A stretch of DNA of 64,000 bases, taken from the NCBI GenBank assembly GCA_035221665.1, contig CM069167.1:18166001-18230000 (forward strand), in the 5' to 3' direction. The first letter of the stretch is position 1. Each line of letters opens with the position of its first letter. A model generated the notes under the pieces. The model was not told the DNA's origin, searched no databases, and worked only from the letters and a program-made list of their open reading frames with translations. The translations under genes were made by a program, and so were the position numbers. The DNA comes from Okamejei kenojei. Taxonomy: Eukaryota. Shown here piece after piece: positions 61,775-64,000 of this stretch.

Positions 61775-64000
61775 TTTCGGAACAGTCACGTGAGTGACTA
61801 CGTGAATGTCCTCGGCCATTGATCCAATGTGGGGCTTGGATAGCGTCTGTGAGCGCTCTTTCCGACCAATGTTCCCTCCTGATATGATCCATGTATGGCA
61901 TATCGTAGAGATATGCAGACCGACGGTAAGCCCAGAGACTTTCAGGGTCCGGGCCTGCTGAATATATCGCGGCGGGACGAGCCGTGACGAGTGGGTACGG
62001 GCTCTAAGGTTGCACCGCTGCGGAGGAATGTCCCGCAGGACTGATAACCCCGGAGACCCAGGCTGGTAGTCACCGTCTTCGTATACCGCAATTGATGCGA
62101 AAGGACTCGGAAGTTTGTCCAGGGGAACGTACTGGAGTACAAGCGTGGGTTCAGAAATTCTGGCATGGCTCAAGACCTTCGTAGGAAAGGAAACCTGGAA
62201 GGCCAGAGTTCACTCATGAAGGAGGCATTACGTCCATCACGCCATCAGAGATGCCGGCGGTGGGATACCATGCACCTGCAAAATTTGATTCCTGAAAGGA
62301 CCAGCAGTGAACAACGCTATGTGGGGGTTCAATGCACACTTCAAAATGAACTGCTTCCAGAAGAACGCCATCGGACCTGCTTAAATTCCAAATCTACCAG
62401 TTCAACTGAGGCCAGCAATGTCCAGCCGCCGATCCCTCTTCAGGAACCTGCCAACAGGTTACGACCCGGATGAAGAGTTTAAAGCTGATCCAGCTTCGCA
62501 AGGTACTACAAGCATCAACCCCCACGCCGCTATCGACAGCAAGTTTCACTGAAGCTGGTGGCCAGCTTCCAAACTGGGCCGAGGGTCCTCAGGGAATTAG
62601 GGTCCAAGCACCCCCACAATCCTAAGCTGGGACGGAATTAGAACCCGCACCTGGGGCCTTTGGGCTTACCACAAGACACGACAATAAGCACGAAGGTAGG
62701 TGGGGTAGCGGTTGCTTTCCGAATATATGAGGTTGTGGGACCATTTGCAAGTTGGTAAATTTACACTTGTTTTTATGCAAGATGAGAGTTACCTTTTAAG
62801 ACAGGCCGCAGTTTACGGGCCGCTCATTGTCACAGTGGAAAGATACCGTTCAACTCAGCACATATAAGGCAGTGTTCGACTTTTCTGAATAGAAAAACTT
62901 TCATTGCTGTCTCACAACAGGTGTGACAGTTTGTCCACTCACTGGGCTCACCGAGATATTTGAAATTTAGCTGCGATGGAAACAGTGGTTACAGTCAAAA
63001 GCATTGCAAAAATGGGCCAAACGGTCAGCCCCAAGCTATCTACCAAAGTACTAAAACCAGTGCTCGGCTGCTATAAACCAAGCTATATTATGGCTATCTG
63101 GATGATGTTCTAAAGTGTTGTATTTTACCAAATCAGCGGTTATCAGCCACAGACTCAGACTATCGTGCAGAAATTAGATTCTCATCCATCCAGTTAAATT
63201 TAAGTTGATGCCAACTGAAACTATTGAGTATTAGGATGACCTTTAACTCTATTAAATTATCTGGATTGGCAATATAATTGGGTTTCAGCTATGCTACTTG
63301 CGCCTCTGCACCATCAGAGCTGTACGGCGTGCAAAGGAGCCAGCTCACAGTTACCACGTAGGCATTACTTCAGACCTATGCTATTCCAGCTGAAACTATC
63401 AAAGTTACCATGGTGGACAAACATTATTCAGCATTGCCCCACTAACCTTCTCAGTACTTCGTCAGTTTAATTACTAACTGATTGCTGTTTGCTTAAAGAT
63501 GGATAATTACTAAATTACCATTTTAGTTACGGAGGCGGGATGGGGTTTGCATGAGACTACCAAATATTCAGTTTATTATTCACACTAGGTTGCATTCTGT
63601 GGATTAAATGGTTTGTGCAAATATGCAAAATCTGCATGCTCCAGAAGTCTAACTTGATACACTCTGGTGCTATTAAATGTTAACAAATGGGTGCATATCA
63701 AGTCAAAGGATCCGGTTAATAGTTTATCTTACTTATTCGGCATTGGCGTATCATCGGTTAGGTAAACGCAATGATAACACAGGAATGGATGTGGAATCGC
63801 AAGTATTCAAGACATTGTGGGCTTGATGGAACACCTAAAGATCAAAAGATGTTGCATCCAGGGTCAATCGGCAGTTGCAAAAATCCATGGTGTATCAGTG
63901 GCGTGGGATGCCATTCTCGCTACACTGGGGAGAGAATGCTCATTGTGTTCCCTCCATTTTACCTTCCCGACGGTTCTTGCAAATCAAGCAATTACGCTTC
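61775..64000 (+). mobile_element. DIRS-type (tyrosine recombinase class) retrotransposon, running off the window
   Basis: Start gtcacgtgagtgactacgtga; RT-like TKVLKPVL...GYLDDV (~63040-63110); RNase H-like GWG (~63540); methyltransferase-like (F)ASRVNRQL...FPPF (~63850-63960). The recombinase itself is not seen. Confidence 0.75.

Overview
Vertebrate genomic DNA, very likely a cartilaginous fish (skate/ray-type repeats: CR1 LINEs, tRNA-derived SINEs with CR1-like tails, Penelope-like tails with hammerhead cores). It is mostly nested transposable elements and indel errors increase strongly past ~50 kb. Host content: the last five coding exons of a + strand gene resembling circularly permuted Ras protein 1-like VWA proteins (3053-15416), one exon of which is split by a palindromic Penelope-derived insert; the last three exons of a - strand SUN-domain gene (58830 to 50839); two CpG-island promoters (~20.0 kb, ~41 kb); and a possible two-exon His/Gly-repeat gene at ~19-20 kb. 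The most notable system is a U2 snRNA-targeting Tx1-clade (Keno-like) retrotransposon. One near full-length copy starts with U2 nt 6-51 at a site with no snRNA promoter. A second, rearranged copy joins the 3' part of a genuine U2 gene (Sm site, 3' box) and contains a ~2.5 kb block duplicated at 60.2-62.2 kb. Also present are 28-32 bp CAAAG...CTTTG palindromes with direct-repeat flanks resembling P-element excision footprints, plus hAT, hAT5, Tc1, Harbinger, Gypsy, DIRS and Rex/Babar elements. All calls come from reading the sequence; no searches were run.
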